Of a stretch of 64,000 nt of DNA, positions 48,245 through 58,578 are shown in pieces. The stretch's first letter is position 1, and the number at the start of each line of letters is the position of its first letter. Position numbers and translations under genes: made by a program. The notes under the pieces were generated by a model. It did no database searches. It was not told the origin of the DNA and saw only the letters and a list, made by a program, of their open reading frames with translations. Source of the DNA: Minisyncoccota bacterium (lineage in GTDB: Bacteria; Patescibacteriota; Minisyncoccia; Phycocordibacterales; DAORIS01); assembly GCA_035438625.1 (NCBI GenBank), contig DAORIS010000001.1, positions 56,104 through 120,103 on the forward strand, given 5' to 3'.

Positions 48245-48721
48245 TTAATCTATTCGAGTAATCTTATAAACCATTTCGCCTTTAGGCATTCGTACAGAAA
48301 AGGTTTCACCTTTCTTCTTCCCAATCATAGCAGCTGCAAGCGGAGAATCGATAGATAGTTTGTTTTGTGAGATGTCCGCCTCTTCAGACCCAACAATTAT
48401 GTACGCCTGTTGTGTTCCATCACCTTCTTTTGTAACTGTCACCTTGTTTCCAATAGAAACAATATCCGTAGTTGGCTTATGTCCCTCAGCGATAATTGTT
48501 GCATGCTTAAGAAGTATCTCAAGTTTGCTGATTCTCTCTTCGAGATTCATCTGTGACTCACGTGCCTGGTGGTATTCAGCGTTTTCAGAGAGGTCACCAA
48601 GTGACTTTGAATATTCAAGTTCTTCGGCAACTTCCTTACGCCTAACCGTGCGTAATTCTTCGAGTTCGCGGGTCAACTCGTCGAATTTCTCTGAGGTTAA
48701 ATAGTGAGTGTCAGTGTTCAT
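48245..48721 (-). CDS. greA: Transcription elongation factor GreA
   Basis: LTSEKFDELTRELEELR...GDLSENAEYHQARE coiled-coil finger plus FKBP-like C-domain. Confidence 0.85.
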   Translation of the reverse strand: MNTDTHYLTSEKFDELTRELEELRTVRRKEVAEELEYSKSLGDLSENAEYHQARESQMNLEERISKLEILLKHATIIAEGHKPTTDIVSIGNKVTVTKEGDGTQQAYIIVGSEEADISQNKLSIDSPLAAAMIGKKKGETFSVRMPKGEMVYKITRID

Positions 48722-48749
48722 GAGCGTTAACTATATATAAGAATTAAAG

Positions 48750-50408
48750 TTAGTCAAACTGGAAATACTCAGGCGCCTGAATCATAGCAGCATCAATGAA
48801 TTGCCTAACTAGCCACGGCGCTCCAAGTGTGTTTTCACGTGGCCCTTTTTCCATAAGCAAAACAAAAGCATATTTTGGTTTTTCGTAAGGATAGTACCCA
48901 ATTGCCCAAGAATTCACATATTCTTTATTAGCACCCACTTCAGCTGTCCCTGATTTTCCTGCGGCTTCAAACGGAAGACCGTTTAGAGCGATCATTGTTC
49001 CCTCTTCAACTGCTAAATGCATCCCTTCACGAACAACATTTAAGTCTTCTGGGGAAAACGTGATCATCATAGATTTTGCATATGTGTCTATATCTCCTTT
49101 TATAATGGTTGGCTCAACAAGACGGTCACCGGTTGCAATACCTGAAATCGCCCGTACCGCTTGAGCTGGTGTTATGAGTGTGCCGAACTGACCAATTGCC
49201 GTGTGATACGTATCTCCGAGTCTCCACGGGTCACCGTCAAATGTCTTCAGTTTCCACTCAGGAGTTGGAATGACACCACTTTGGGAACTGAAAAATGGTG
49301 AAACAAGCGGCTTTCCAAATCCAAATTGCTGCATGTACTCATCAATCCGAACAATACCTAATCCCTTCTGGTCTTCATATCCCCCGCCAATGGCGTAAAA
49401 ATACACGTCAGAGGAGACTGCGATCGCTCGACGCATGTCTACATACCCGTGGGCTTTCCAGTCTCTAAAAACTGATGGTTTATCAGGAAAGTATGGATTG
49501 GGAATACTAATAGCTCCTGTTGAAAGGATACTTTTCTCTGGTGAGATTAAATTTTCGTTTAACGCACCGAGTGCAATAAATGGTTTGATAATAGATCCAG
49601 GAGCAAAAAGGCCAACCGATGCTCGATCAAGGAATACATTTCGAGGATCAGATAGTTGTGCAGCGATTGAAGCGGAAGTTCCATTTGTCATCACATCTGA
49701 AGAAAATTCAGGATACGACACATGTGTGATCACTTCTCCTGTTTCGATGTCCATAAGCATTCCTGCTCCACCATGGAAATCTCTTTCTTCGACCGCTTTT
49801 TGTAATGTATCGGTAAGTATTTTTTGCAAACGCGAGTCGACTGATAAATAAACTGAATCACCATGGTCGGGCTCATCAACCGTACTTTCTCCCAGAAGTC
49901 CACCTGAAACATCTGTCTCACGCAACTTCACTCCATTTTCACCTTTTAATTCTTCATCAAACAACAATTCAGCACCTTCACGTGCATCAAAATCATGTGA
50001 GTAATAGTTACCGCTCGAATCTTTTCCAGGATATTTAACGTACCCTGTTAAATGTGAAATACCTGGAACAGTTGAGTACATTCGGCGTGAAAAATCTCCA
50101 TCCACTCGTTCATTCCACGCAAGCGGCACACCATTCCTATCAAAAATCACACCTCGCTCGGCAAATACAATTGAACGCTCAAGTCGGTTCTTTTCACTTC
50201 GTTCAAATAAATCACTGCCTTGAACGATTTGTAGCGATGCAGACCGATACAAAAACGCTCCAATCATCAAAAACAAGATTGTAGCGACTCCAATAATCGT
50301 TGGGCGCGAGAGTGATCGTTCCATCCGTCCTTCAAATTGGTGTGTATCTAGGCCGGCCAGATTATGCGCATCAAGAAATATTGCATCTGGATCGAGGTGT
50401 TGATTCAT
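48750..50408 (-). CDS. mrdA: Penicillin-binding protein 2 (class B, elongasome)
   Basis: SxxK GSIIKPFIAL. SxD/N SSDVYF. KSG KSGTAEV. Last gene of the mreBCD-mrdA set. Confidence 0.85.
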   Translation of the reverse strand: MNQHLDPDAIFLDAHNLAGLDTHQFEGRMERSLSRPTIIGVATILFLMIGAFLYRSASLQIVQGSDLFERSEKNRLERSIVFAERGVIFDRNGVPLAWNERVDGDFSRRMYSTVPGISHLTGYVKYPGKDSSGNYYSHDFDAREGAELLFDEELKGENGVKLRETDVSGGLLGESTVDEPDHGDSVYLSVDSRLQKILTDTLQKAVEERDFHGGAGMLMDIETGEVITHVSYPEFSSDVMTNGTSASIAAQLSDPRNVFLDRASVGLFAPGSIIKPFIALGALNENLISPEKSILSTGAISIPNPYFPDKPSVFRDWKAHGYVDMRRAIAVSSDVYFYAIGGGYEDQKGLGIVRIDEYMQQFGFGKPLVSPFFSSQSGVIPTPEWKLKTFDGDPWRLGDTYHTAIGQFGTLITPAQAVRAISGIATGDRLVEPTIIKGDIDTYAKSMMITFSPEDLNVVREGMHLAVEEGTMIALNGLPFEAAGKSGTAEVGANKEYVNSWAIGYYPYEKPKYAFVLLMEKGPRENTLGAPWLVRQFIDAAMIQAPEYFQFD

Positions 50409-50687
50409 TTAACTGTATACTATCAATTTCTGCTTAATCCGTTCAATAACGAGGAGAAGAATGAAACCTACGACAGCAATTTGAATCTGCGTAAACACTG
50501 GCGCTCCGTATATGAGCGCAGCAAGAGTAAGTGCTGCAACCGCCTCAGCGTATGCGGTAAATATAAACATATAAATAAGCGCTACTAGCCCAGCCAATAA
50601 GTAGTGTATTGGAGCAAGAATAAGAATCAGGACCAATCCAAGTGCCCTGTATATCCAAGAACTATTTCGTTCATCACTCGGCAACAT
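50409..50687 (-). CDS. mreD: MreD-like small membrane protein
   Basis: 92 aa with three hydrophobic helices, positioned between mreC and mrdA. Shorter than typical MreD. Confidence 0.4.
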   Translation of the reverse strand: MLPSDERNSSWIYRALGLVLILILAPIHYLLAGLVALIYMFIFTAYAEAVAALTLAALIYGAPVFTQIQIAVVGFILLLVIERIKQKLIVYS

Positions 50688-51600
50688 ATATATCCTTCAA
50701 TTCAAATAATGAAACAGGAAGCATAAATGTAACTGTGACCAATGGATCAACATCCGAACCATCAATATGATTTATGTGTGAAAAAACTTCTGTCGGATGT
50801 GTTGCAGCGAACACTTCAAGTCCTTCAGTTACAAGTAACCCCTTAGGGATTTCAGTTTGAAACATACCCCCACCTTTTCCAAACGCAACATGTGAAACCG
50901 TACTTGTTCCAAATGTTACCGGAAACGTCGTGTTTGGTTTTGAAAATAAATCTACTGTTACCGTCTTTCCAGAAAGAGATGTAATTGTACCGATTGAAAC
51001 TGGTGCACCTCCCGCTGTCACCACATATATTTCTTTTCCTTGAGAAAGCACAGAGTTTTCTATACCAGAATCAATAAGTGCAACGATAGTATCAAATGGA
51101 GAAAATGGTGGTTTTGAAAGTACACGACCAATCTTTTTCATGGGGGCGTATTGTTTTCTTGACACTTCAAACGTTGGAGCTTCATATGTCGGAACAGATG
51201 ATGAGGCGACGGTTGGCGGAGCATCAAATAACGTACTCGATGCGGTTATTTGTACCTCCTCTGGCTCCTGTAAGCCTCTAATTTGCTCCTGCATCGACAA
51301 TCGAAACGTTTCCGTACTTGATGCGAGCGCAGCATATTCGGCCCGTAGGCGGGCATTTTCATCCTGTACAGCCCTATTCCCTATCCATTCTGATACAAAC
51401 GGATTTACCGTTCGAAAAACATAGTCTCTACTTACAACTATTGGATACGTTGCGTACGCAAGAAGTGTATGTGCAAGACCTTGAAATACGATAAGTGCCA
51501 AACAAAATGCAGCAAGCACACCAAGTGCAGCCATTTGCATTGACCGGAGTCGCCTATCTTGTCGGCGGAAGCTCGTTTGCATCCTGTATGAGTACTTCAC
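50674..51600 (-). CDS. mreC: Rod shape-determining protein MreC
   Basis: N-terminal TM plus coiled coil (ENARLRAEYAALAS), then beta-rich domain. Gene order mreB-mreC-mreD. Confidence 0.65.
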   Translation of the reverse strand: MKYSYRMQTSFRRQDRRLRSMQMAALGVLAAFCLALIVFQGLAHTLLAYATYPIVVSRDYVFRTVNPFVSEWIGNRAVQDENARLRAEYAALASSTETFRLSMQEQIRGLQEPEEVQITASSTLFDAPPTVASSSVPTYEAPTFEVSRKQYAPMKKIGRVLSKPPFSPFDTIVALIDSGIENSVLSQGKEIYVVTAGGAPVSIGTITSLSGKTVTVDLFSKPNTTFPVTFGTSTVSHVAFGKGGGMFQTEIPKGLLVTEGLEVFAATHPTEVFSHINHIDGSDVDPLVTVTFMLPVSLFELKDIYVAE

Positions 51601-52615
51601 GATATATATCTATGTTTTCTAGAATTATACCTGTTCCACGCGCAACTGCAGTAAGAGGCTCGTCTGCAATGTGTACAGGAATTTTTAGATATTCAGAAAG
51701 CAACATGTCGAGACCTCTAATGAGTGCTCCACCGCCAGTTAAAAATACACCGTCTCTCATTACATCAGCCAACACTTCTGGAGGAGTTGTTTCAAGAATT
51801 TCTTTGATTGATTCAATTAAGGCGTCGATCGACTGACCAATTGCCTCACGAATATCTGCGTCAGAGACTGTCACTTCACGAGGTAGTCCTGTAATGAGGT
51901 CACGTCCTTTGATTTTAGTTTCCCGAGGTTCTGCTCCAGGAATGACTGAACCAATTAAAATCTTTGCTTCTTCCGCAGTCTTTTCTCCGATTAAAATCTT
52001 AAACTCGTTTCTTACATACGCAATAATGTCTGAATTGAATCGATCTCCTGCGATTCGCGCGTTCCGAGACTTCACAATTCCACCAAGTGAGATGACGGCA
52101 ATGTCGGTTGTTCCACCTCCGATGTCAATAATCATGCTACCAACTGGCTCATGGACTGGAAGCCTGATTCCAATTGCTGCTGCCATTGGTTCTTCAACAA
52201 TAAATACTTCGCGCGCTCCTGCATTCATTGCAGCATCACGTACGGCACGAGTTTCAACGTTTGTTATTCCCGATGGAACTCCAACCACAATACGAGGACC
52301 GAGTAACTTCTTATGTTCAGCTTGGGCACGTCTAATTAAATACCGAAGCATTTCTTCGGTAACTTCAAAGTCTGAGATAACACCATCAACAATAGGACGC
52401 ACTGCGACAATGTGTTGCGGTGTCCTTCCGAGCATGTTTTTTGCTGCCTGACCAACAGCCACGACCGTGTTAGTTCGTTGGTTTAAAGCAACAACTGAAG
52501 GCTCATTTACCACAATTCCATGGCCACGAAGATATACCAGCGTATTTGCCGTTCCCAAGTCTATTCCTACATCGTTAGAGAGAAATTCGCGTATTTTCCG
52601 GAATAATTTCTGCAT
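51554..52615 (-). CDS. mreB: Rod shape-determining protein MreB
   Basis: IDLGTANTLVYLRGHGIVVNEPSVVA, DIGGGTTDIAVISLGGIV and FLTGGGALIRGLD actin-fold motifs. Confidence 0.9.
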   Translation of the reverse strand: MQKLFRKIREFLSNDVGIDLGTANTLVYLRGHGIVVNEPSVVALNQRTNTVVAVGQAAKNMLGRTPQHIVAVRPIVDGVISDFEVTEEMLRYLIRRAQAEHKKLLGPRIVVGVPSGITNVETRAVRDAAMNAGAREVFIVEEPMAAAIGIRLPVHEPVGSMIIDIGGGTTDIAVISLGGIVKSRNARIAGDRFNSDIIAYVRNEFKILIGEKTAEEAKILIGSVIPGAEPRETKIKGRDLITGLPREVTVSDADIREAIGQSIDALIESIKEILETTPPEVLADVMRDGVFLTGGGALIRGLDMLLSEYLKIPVHIADEPLTAVARGTGIILENIDIYREVLIQDANELPPTR

Positions 52616-52624
52616 GACAACGCA

Positions 52625-53878
52625 TTATACACAAATATCCGAGATTGCCGAGATGTCAGTTCCTATGATTTGTGTTTCACCAGTTTTTCGATTTCTGTAC
52701 TCAATACCACCTGCTTTAAGGGACTTTTCAGAAATGATAAGAATGTGTGGCATACCCATAAGTTCTGCGTCAGATAATTTCTCTCCAGGACGCAAATCTC
52801 GATCATCGAGGATAGCAGTAACACCAGAAGATTGTAGCTCTGTATATGTTTTTAATGCAGTTGCTTGTACCTCTTCGCTATTTCCAAGTTGTGCTATGTG
52901 CACACGAGCTGGTGCAACGGCTGATGGCCAGACAATTCCTTTATCATCCGAAAATACTTCTACAATCGTGCCCATGAGCCTTCCAGGACCAATTCCATAA
53001 CTTCCCATGACTACTGATTTTCGCTCTCCTGTCTCGTCTGTGTATGTAAGCTCAAGTGGATCTGAAAACTTTGTACCAAGATTGAAAATATTTCCAACTT
53101 CTACTGCCTTAATTTCCTTTAAGGTGTCTTTTGATAATCCGAGCTCAGACAAGACTTCATCTGTATACACTTCTTTGTTAACGGCAACTTTTTTCTTTGT
53201 ATCAATATAAATAGTATCTTCACCAGCTTCTGTTATTGTCTGGAACTCTTCTGAAAACTTACTGAAAATTCCTCCTGACGCGAATGTTGGGTATGTAACG
53301 TCTCCTAAACCAACCGCATCAAAGATTCTGATGTATGCAGCCCTCACTTGTGCATAAAAAGCATCGTGCTCTTCAACTGTTTTTGAGAACGAGTAGAGGT
53401 CTTTCATTAAAAATTCCTTTCCACGCATGATGCCGCTTTTTGCGCGCGCTTCATTTCTAAATTTAATCTGGAACTGAAATACATATCGAGGCAAGTCACG
53501 GTATGACGAGATGTGATCTCTCATGAGGTTTGTGAGTGGCTCTTCGTGAGTAATACCAAGACCGGTTTCACCGCCTGACTTGAATGTAGTCTTAAACCAG
53601 TTATCAACTTTTGCATCGTCCCAACGGTCGGTCTTTTTCCAAACCTCTTTGTCTTGAAGTGCTGAGAGTGACACTTCTTGTGCGCCAAGTCCAACCATTT
53701 CCTTGCGGATAATTGAGACAATATTTTGAAGGACAATATTTCCTAGCGGTAAAAACGAGTAGACTCCTGCAAGGTTTTTATGAACGTAGCCTGCACGCTC
53801 TAGAAGAATTGCATTCTTTGACTGCTCATCAGCAGGATTCTCTCTTCGAGTCTTCGTAAATAGTGTCTGTAACCTCAT
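52625..53878 (-). CDS. proS: Prolyl-tRNA synthetase, minimal form (417 aa, no INS editing insertion)
   Basis: Class II motifs: motif 1 region ...AGYVHKNLAGVYSFLPLG, motif 2 FRNEARAKSGIMRGKEF, motif 3 region GSYGIGPGRL. C-terminal anticodon-binding ARVHIAQLG. Confidence 0.85.
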   Translation of the reverse strand: MRLQTLFTKTRRENPADEQSKNAILLERAGYVHKNLAGVYSFLPLGNIVLQNIVSIIRKEMVGLGAQEVSLSALQDKEVWKKTDRWDDAKVDNWFKTTFKSGGETGLGITHEEPLTNLMRDHISSYRDLPRYVFQFQIKFRNEARAKSGIMRGKEFLMKDLYSFSKTVEEHDAFYAQVRAAYIRIFDAVGLGDVTYPTFASGGIFSKFSEEFQTITEAGEDTIYIDTKKKVAVNKEVYTDEVLSELGLSKDTLKEIKAVEVGNIFNLGTKFSDPLELTYTDETGERKSVVMGSYGIGPGRLMGTIVEVFSDDKGIVWPSAVAPARVHIAQLGNSEEVQATALKTYTELQSSGVTAILDDRDLRPGEKLSDAELMGMPHILIISEKSLKAGGIEYRNRKTGETQIIGTDISAISDICV

Positions 53879-54993
53879 AGTAATTTAATAACGTCATTAA
53901 CGGTTATAAACAACATCAAACCAAGGAGAATTACAAAGCCACCGATGTTTACCGCATTTGCAAATGTTGGTGAAATCCGACGTCGTGTAATTGATTCAAT
54001 TATTACAAATAACAATCGTCCTCCATCAAGCGCTGGGAACGGCAAGATGTTAATAACAGCCAGGTTAATTGAAATAAGTGCAGTGAATGACACAAGGTAT
54101 GCAAATCCCATTTGTCCTGCAGTTGAAACAAGCTTTGCGATTCCAACTGGACCTGACACCTGAGACATGATGTCATCTTCAGTAAAGATTCCTGTAAAGA
54201 AATGGTACAGACCGCCAGTAATTGCTACGGTCATATTTGCCGTAAGGTTTGCTCCTTCGATAAACGCCTTATATATTGGAAGTTTGAGTAGTCCAACGGT
54301 GCCTAGTCCAATTCCAATCATCGGAGTTGTGGTTGCACTTGATACCACTGGAATAACCGTAGTAGTTGTAGCAGTAGAGCCTCGCATCACTCTCATAGTC
54401 AGACCGTCAGATGACGAATCCTTAATGAAGTTTTGTACTGTTTGAACATCACTCGGTGCAACTACCTCAAGACCTCCAACATCTCCTGAGACAGAGCGTT
54501 TTGATAGTTCAACAATCTCGTCCCCTGGTAATAGTCCTGCTCGTGAAGCTGGAGAGTCTGGGTCAACAATACTGATAACAACTTTTACATCATCGTATCG
54601 TGCACCTTCTATATAGTCTGTTGAAACTGGAAAACCAACCATAAACCCAAGGGATATTGATATCCAGGCAAATAAGATATTAAAGGTTACCCCCGCGAGA
54701 AGCACAATTGCCTGCATCCATCGTGGCTTTGACGTGAAACTGCGATTTGAATCAGATCCAGTGAGAGATTCTTCACTTGGATTTTCACCGTGAATTCGAA
54801 CATACCCTCCAATTGGAAGTGCGTTAAGTGCATATTCAGTCTCTCCTTTTTTCCATGCAAAGATTCGTGGAGGAAAACCAAGTGCAAACTCATCCACTCG
54901 CATACCAAACAGTTTTGCGGTAACAAAGTGACCTAGTTCATGTACAAAAATCAGTACAGAGAGGACAATGAGAAAAAGTATTACGGTAAACAT
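53875..54993 (-). CDS. rseP: RseP-like site-2 protease (M50) with PDZ domain
   Basis: HExxH in IFVHELGHFVTAKLFG. PDZ GLLPGDEIVEL. C-terminal LDGG motif. Confidence 0.85.
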   Translation of the reverse strand: MFTVILFLIVLSVLIFVHELGHFVTAKLFGMRVDEFALGFPPRIFAWKKGETEYALNALPIGGYVRIHGENPSEESLTGSDSNRSFTSKPRWMQAIVLLAGVTFNILFAWISISLGFMVGFPVSTDYIEGARYDDVKVVISIVDPDSPASRAGLLPGDEIVELSKRSVSGDVGGLEVVAPSDVQTVQNFIKDSSSDGLTMRVMRGSTATTTTVIPVVSSATTTPMIGIGLGTVGLLKLPIYKAFIEGANLTANMTVAITGGLYHFFTGIFTEDDIMSQVSGPVGIAKLVSTAGQMGFAYLVSFTALISINLAVINILPFPALDGGRLLFVIIESITRRRISPTFANAVNIGGFVILLGLMLFITVNDVIKLL

Positions 54994-55544
54994 TATTGTT
55001 CGAGAATTTCCTTCTCTTTTTTAACCATCATTTCTTCAAGCTTCTTCTGGGTCTCTTGAATAATCTTTTCCATCTCGGTCTTGAAACGGAATTTGTCATC
55101 TTCGCTCATTCCACCTTCCTTTTCCTTGTTCTGAATTTCTTGCCACGTGTCATCACGAAGACCACGGAGAGAAATCTTCGCTTGTTCAAGTTTATCTTTT
55201 GCAATCTTCACAAATTGTGTTCGGCGTTCTGTTGTTAACTGAGGAAACGTAAGTCGAAGTCCTTTTCCATCGTTTGCAATTCCAAGACCCAAATCAGCTG
55301 CCTGGATTCCCTTTTCAAGGTCCTTCACAACACTTGCGTCATATGGAGTCACTCGGAGTGTTCGTGCGTCTTCGCCGGTTACTGATGCCAACTGAGAAAT
55401 TGGCATTTGGCTGCCATAGGCTTCTATTTTTACACCATCCAAAATAGCTGGAGTTGCTCGTCCAGTTCTAATTTGTGTGTTTTCGTTGAGTAACCAAGAC
55501 TCAACATCTTGGGCTTTTTTCTTCAGTAATGAAAAGTTATACAT
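54993..55544 (-). CDS. frr: Ribosome recycling factor (start at MYNFS, 8-nt overlap with upstream gene; ORF open to 55598)
   Basis: IRTGRATPAILDGVKIEAYGSQMPISQLASV...VTPYDAS...LGLGIANDGKGLRLTFPQLTTERR matches the Frr consensus. Confidence 0.85.
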   Translation of the reverse strand: MYNFSLLKKKAQDVESWLLNENTQIRTGRATPAILDGVKIEAYGSQMPISQLASVTGEDARTLRVTPYDASVVKDLEKGIQAADLGLGIANDGKGLRLTFPQLTTERRTQFVKIAKDKLEQAKISLRGLRDDTWQEIQNKEKEGGMSEDDKFRFKTEMEKIIQETQKKLEEMMVKKEKEILEQ

Positions 55545-56178
55545 ATTTAGGAAGTATAAGGGATAGGTATTCCAATAGCAATTTAAGCGAGATACCATTT
55601 CTATCGAGTGCTGAGCGTGTTTCGTGGATAACTGAGAGTGCGCGTGCAGTCTCTTGTGGTGTCATTGATGTGTCTTCTGACCGAATAACTACTGCTAGTC
55701 GCTCAATAAATAGTCCCGCCTCAGCATGGTCTTTACCTTTGATGTATTTCTGGACCAATTTGATTCGTCCTGCTGGACCACTCGCTAAAAATTCTGCTGT
55801 TGTGTCTTTCTTTTTTGATGGTCGCTTTGTTTCCTCTTGTTTTTGACCTAATGTATTTACAATATGCGCTCGCGAACGGAGCGTGGGAATAATTGTATGT
55901 GGTGACATATGAAGAAATAATCTATTTCCTCCTGACATTTCTTCAGTTAACTTTAAAAGAGCATTTTGTGCTTCTAATGTTACTGTACGGACTCGGATGT
56001 GACCTACTTTCCCGTTTCCACCAAATGCATTGGTTGAAAAAAACGTATATACATGTCTAACAACATCAATAGTGAGCGTATCGTCCTCGTATATATATGT
56101 ATCCAATGGATTCTCCAGGGTTAGTGACTCTTCCGACGGGTGGAGGATTACAAAATGATGTGTGGATACTTCTTCCAT
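55537..56178 (-). CDS. DNA polymerase III delta-prime-like (clamp-loader AAA+ remnant; no Walker A seen)
   Basis: NALLKLTEE plus sensor-2-like IIPTLRSRAHIV correspond to the LLKTLEEPP and TIRSRCQ motifs of HolB/DnaX. No N-terminal GxxGxGK[ST] present. Confidence 0.4.
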   Translation of the reverse strand: MEEVSTHHFVILHPSEESLTLENPLDTYIYEDDTLTIDVVRHVYTFFSTNAFGGNGKVGHIRVRTVTLEAQNALLKLTEEMSGGNRLFLHMSPHTIIPTLRSRAHIVNTLGQKQEETKRPSKKKDTTAEFLASGPAGRIKLVQKYIKGKDHAEAGLFIERLAVVIRSEDTSMTPQETARALSVIHETRSALDRNGISLKLLLEYLSLILPKYV

Positions 56179-56306
56179 AGTGGATATTTTACAGCCTTAT
56201 TGAAGAATATTTTACCAGGCATATAATTTATTGACGTAATAACTATTATATGATCTAATATATAAGTAAGGATCTTGTATCCTATGTTCATTTACAGGGA
56301 GTAGTA

Positions 56307-56630
56307 ATGGTAATGCGTATCAACGCTCTGCTGTCTCTTCTACTTACGATCTCTGTTCTGCTTAACGTCAGCCTCTTACGTTCAGAGGTAGACGCGAAGA
56401 AAGAGATCACTCGACTCGACTCCCGCTACGACGACACGTTTAGCATTATTGCTAGACAAGACACTCGCATCAACCAACTGATCAACGAACACCCGACAAC
56501 GCGTCCTTTGAGTAGCACATACCAAGGCGAAGGGAAATTACGCGCGCTTCAATTTCCGCCGATTCTACACACCGCTCGCGCACGCGCGACACCAAGTACC
56601 CGTCCAACCACCGTGCCAACTACCAAGTAG
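56307..56630 (+). CDS. Small secreted protein (G+C-richer; signal peptide; Thr/Pro-rich tail)
   Basis: LLSLLLTISVLLNVSLL signal-like helix. Followed by terminator at 56646-56688. Confidence 0.35.
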   Translation: MVMRINALLSLLLTISVLLNVSLLRSEVDAKKEITRLDSRYDDTFSIIARQDTRINQLINEHPTTRPLSSTYQGEGKLRALQFPPILHTARARATPSTRPTTVPTTK

Positions 56631-56645
56631 GCACATGTGAACTTT

Positions 56646-56688
56646 AAATCGCACTTGTTTGTAAGCAAACTTGTGCGATTTTTCTTTA
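56646..56688 (+). terminator. Rho-independent terminator
   Basis: aatcgcacttgtttg-taagc-aaacttgtgcgatt followed by tttcttt. Confidence 0.55.
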
Positions 56689-57033
56689 CCTTGATTTACT
56701 AATATAAAAAACAGTGTTATAGAAAGTCCTGTTCCACCACCACCCCACAAAGAGGTTTGTATGCCAAGGGGTAATACTTCACAGCCACCCGCGAATCTCA
56801 CCAAAGAGGAATTACTTGCGGAGTACGTCGATCTCGCAGTAAAAACAGTTGCGGAGCTTAGAAACACACCTACCCGAGTACCGGGGTTTGAAATCAAGAT
56901 TGGCTCATCGGACAGACAACACAGCGATCAATGCCATCCAATTCAGAATGAACTCACTCAAAGAAGAAATGATGCGCCGAATGAGGCGTTAACATTATTC
57001 CGTACTAGCCGCCATGATTCATGGCGGCTTTTC

Positions 57034-58044
57034 TTATCGCTTCGCTACAATTGCACGCTTATATACATCCAAATGTTCAAGTGCAATACCGGTTCCCTTT
57101 GCTACACAAAAATATGCTTCATCAGCAAGTAGTGCTTTAACACCTGTCCTTCGAAAAACCAGTTCGGGAAGATTTCTAAGTTGTGATGTACCACCAGTCA
57201 TAATAATTCCCTGGTCAATAATGTCTGAGGCAAGTTCAGGAGGAGTCTCTTGAAGTACTGACTTAATCGCATTGATCATTTCTCGAAGTTCTCGGGAAAT
57301 TGCTTTCACTACTTCGTTTGTTCGCATTTCAATAGAACGCGGAAGACCTGAGACAAAATCTCTTCCCTTTACAATCATTGTCAATTCTTCTTCAACAGGA
57401 ACGGCTGATCCAACTTGAATTTTGATATCCTCTGCCGTCTTTTCCCCAATCGAAAGGTTAAACGTCTTTTTTACATAATCAATTATTGCCGCATCAATTT
57501 TGTTTCCAGCAACTTTCACAGAAGTGGATGCCACAATTCCTCCAAGTGAAATCACCGCCACATCAGTTGTTCCACCTCCAGCGTCAACAACCATTCGTCC
57601 CATTGGTTCGTGAATTGGAATACCAGCACCAATTGCCGCAAGAATAGGTTCTTTAACAACATACGCATTCTTTGCACCAGCTTTAACCGCAGCTTCGATA
57701 ACCGCACGTCGCTCGGTTGATGTCACTCCAGCAGGAACTGAGATGAGTACGTCAGGGCGAATAATATTAAAACGGCCGAGTGCCTTATGAATGTAATATC
57801 GAAGCATCGCTTCGGTTACACGATAGTCCGCAATCACCCCATCTTTCATTGGACGATACGCAATGATTTCATCCGGTGTTCGTCCGATCATAAACTTGGC
57901 TTCAGATCCTACCGCGAGGATTCTATTGTTAGACGAGACCGCAACAACTGAAGGCTCATTTAGTACCACTCCCTTTCCGGGCACAAACACCAGCGTGTTT
58001 GCTGTACCTAGGTCAATTCCAAGCTTTTTAGTAAAAAATCCCAT
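57034..58044 (-). CDS. Second MreB/Mbl-like actin homolog
   Basis: LGIDLGTANTLVFVPGKGVVLNEPSVVA and DAGGGTTDVAVISLGGIV. Stand-alone, not next to mreCD. Confidence 0.85.
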   Translation of the reverse strand: MGFFTKKLGIDLGTANTLVFVPGKGVVLNEPSVVAVSSNNRILAVGSEAKFMIGRTPDEIIAYRPMKDGVIADYRVTEAMLRYYIHKALGRFNIIRPDVLISVPAGVTSTERRAVIEAAVKAGAKNAYVVKEPILAAIGAGIPIHEPMGRMVVDAGGGTTDVAVISLGGIVASTSVKVAGNKIDAAIIDYVKKTFNLSIGEKTAEDIKIQVGSAVPVEEELTMIVKGRDFVSGLPRSIEMRTNEVVKAISRELREMINAIKSVLQETPPELASDIIDQGIIMTGGTSQLRNLPELVFRRTGVKALLADEAYFCVAKGTGIALEHLDVYKRAIVAKR

Positions 58045-58132
58045 GTGGGGTCATACTACGTCGTTTCCTTGTTTTTTTCAATAAAAGAAAAGCCGCCACA
58101 GTCTGTGGCGGCAAATAAATTCTGTACTCCCT

Positions 58133-58462
58133 TTAAACCGCAAGGTGAGCGTCACTCTCAAGGAGTTTGCTATGAACCCGGTCAATGATCATGCCGACCG
58201 TGAATGAATCGCGAAAACTCCAATCATGAGCACGTCTCAGTTCTTCATCTGAAAGGAGTTGAAAATGAAATGTTCTTTCAACCAAATACCGAAGTTGGAG
58301 AAACCACACCCCGTCATCATAAGAAAGGGGTGGGTCTTTCAACTTGAGCTCAGAGCGCAGTGTAAGTGGATCCCCATCGTAATACACCGCTTGAGCAATG
58401 AGGCTTTTTACCAGAGCAGTGGTCGCTTCGACACTAATAGATTTTGCCGATGTGCCAGACAC
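58133..58462 (-). CDS. Hypothetical protein
   Basis: ORF only. Confidence 0.3.
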   Translation of the reverse strand: MSGTSAKSISVEATTALVKSLIAQAVYYDGDPLTLRSELKLKDPPLSYDDGVWFLQLRYLVERTFHFQLLSDEELRRAHDWSFRDSFTVGMIIDRVHSKLLESDAHLAV

Positions 58463-58578
58463 AGCAGACCTCCTTGGTTATGTGGACTAGGAACAATTAT
58501 TCACATTAAATCACATACAGAAACACTAGACATCCTAAACAAAACTGCCACGGTGTGTGGCAGTGGAGTTGGACTATA

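Noticed and set aside
51894-53000. 185-aa and 177-aa + strand ORFs
   Set aside because: Antisense to mreB and proS respectively. No motifs. Shadow ORFs.
56761-57132. 123-aa + strand ORF
   Set aside because: Its 3' third overlaps the MreB2 gene end, and a hairpin plus T-run (gccgccatga-ttc-atggcggc ttttctt, ~57010-57040) lies inside it. At best a shorter protein is encoded. Not confident enough to call.
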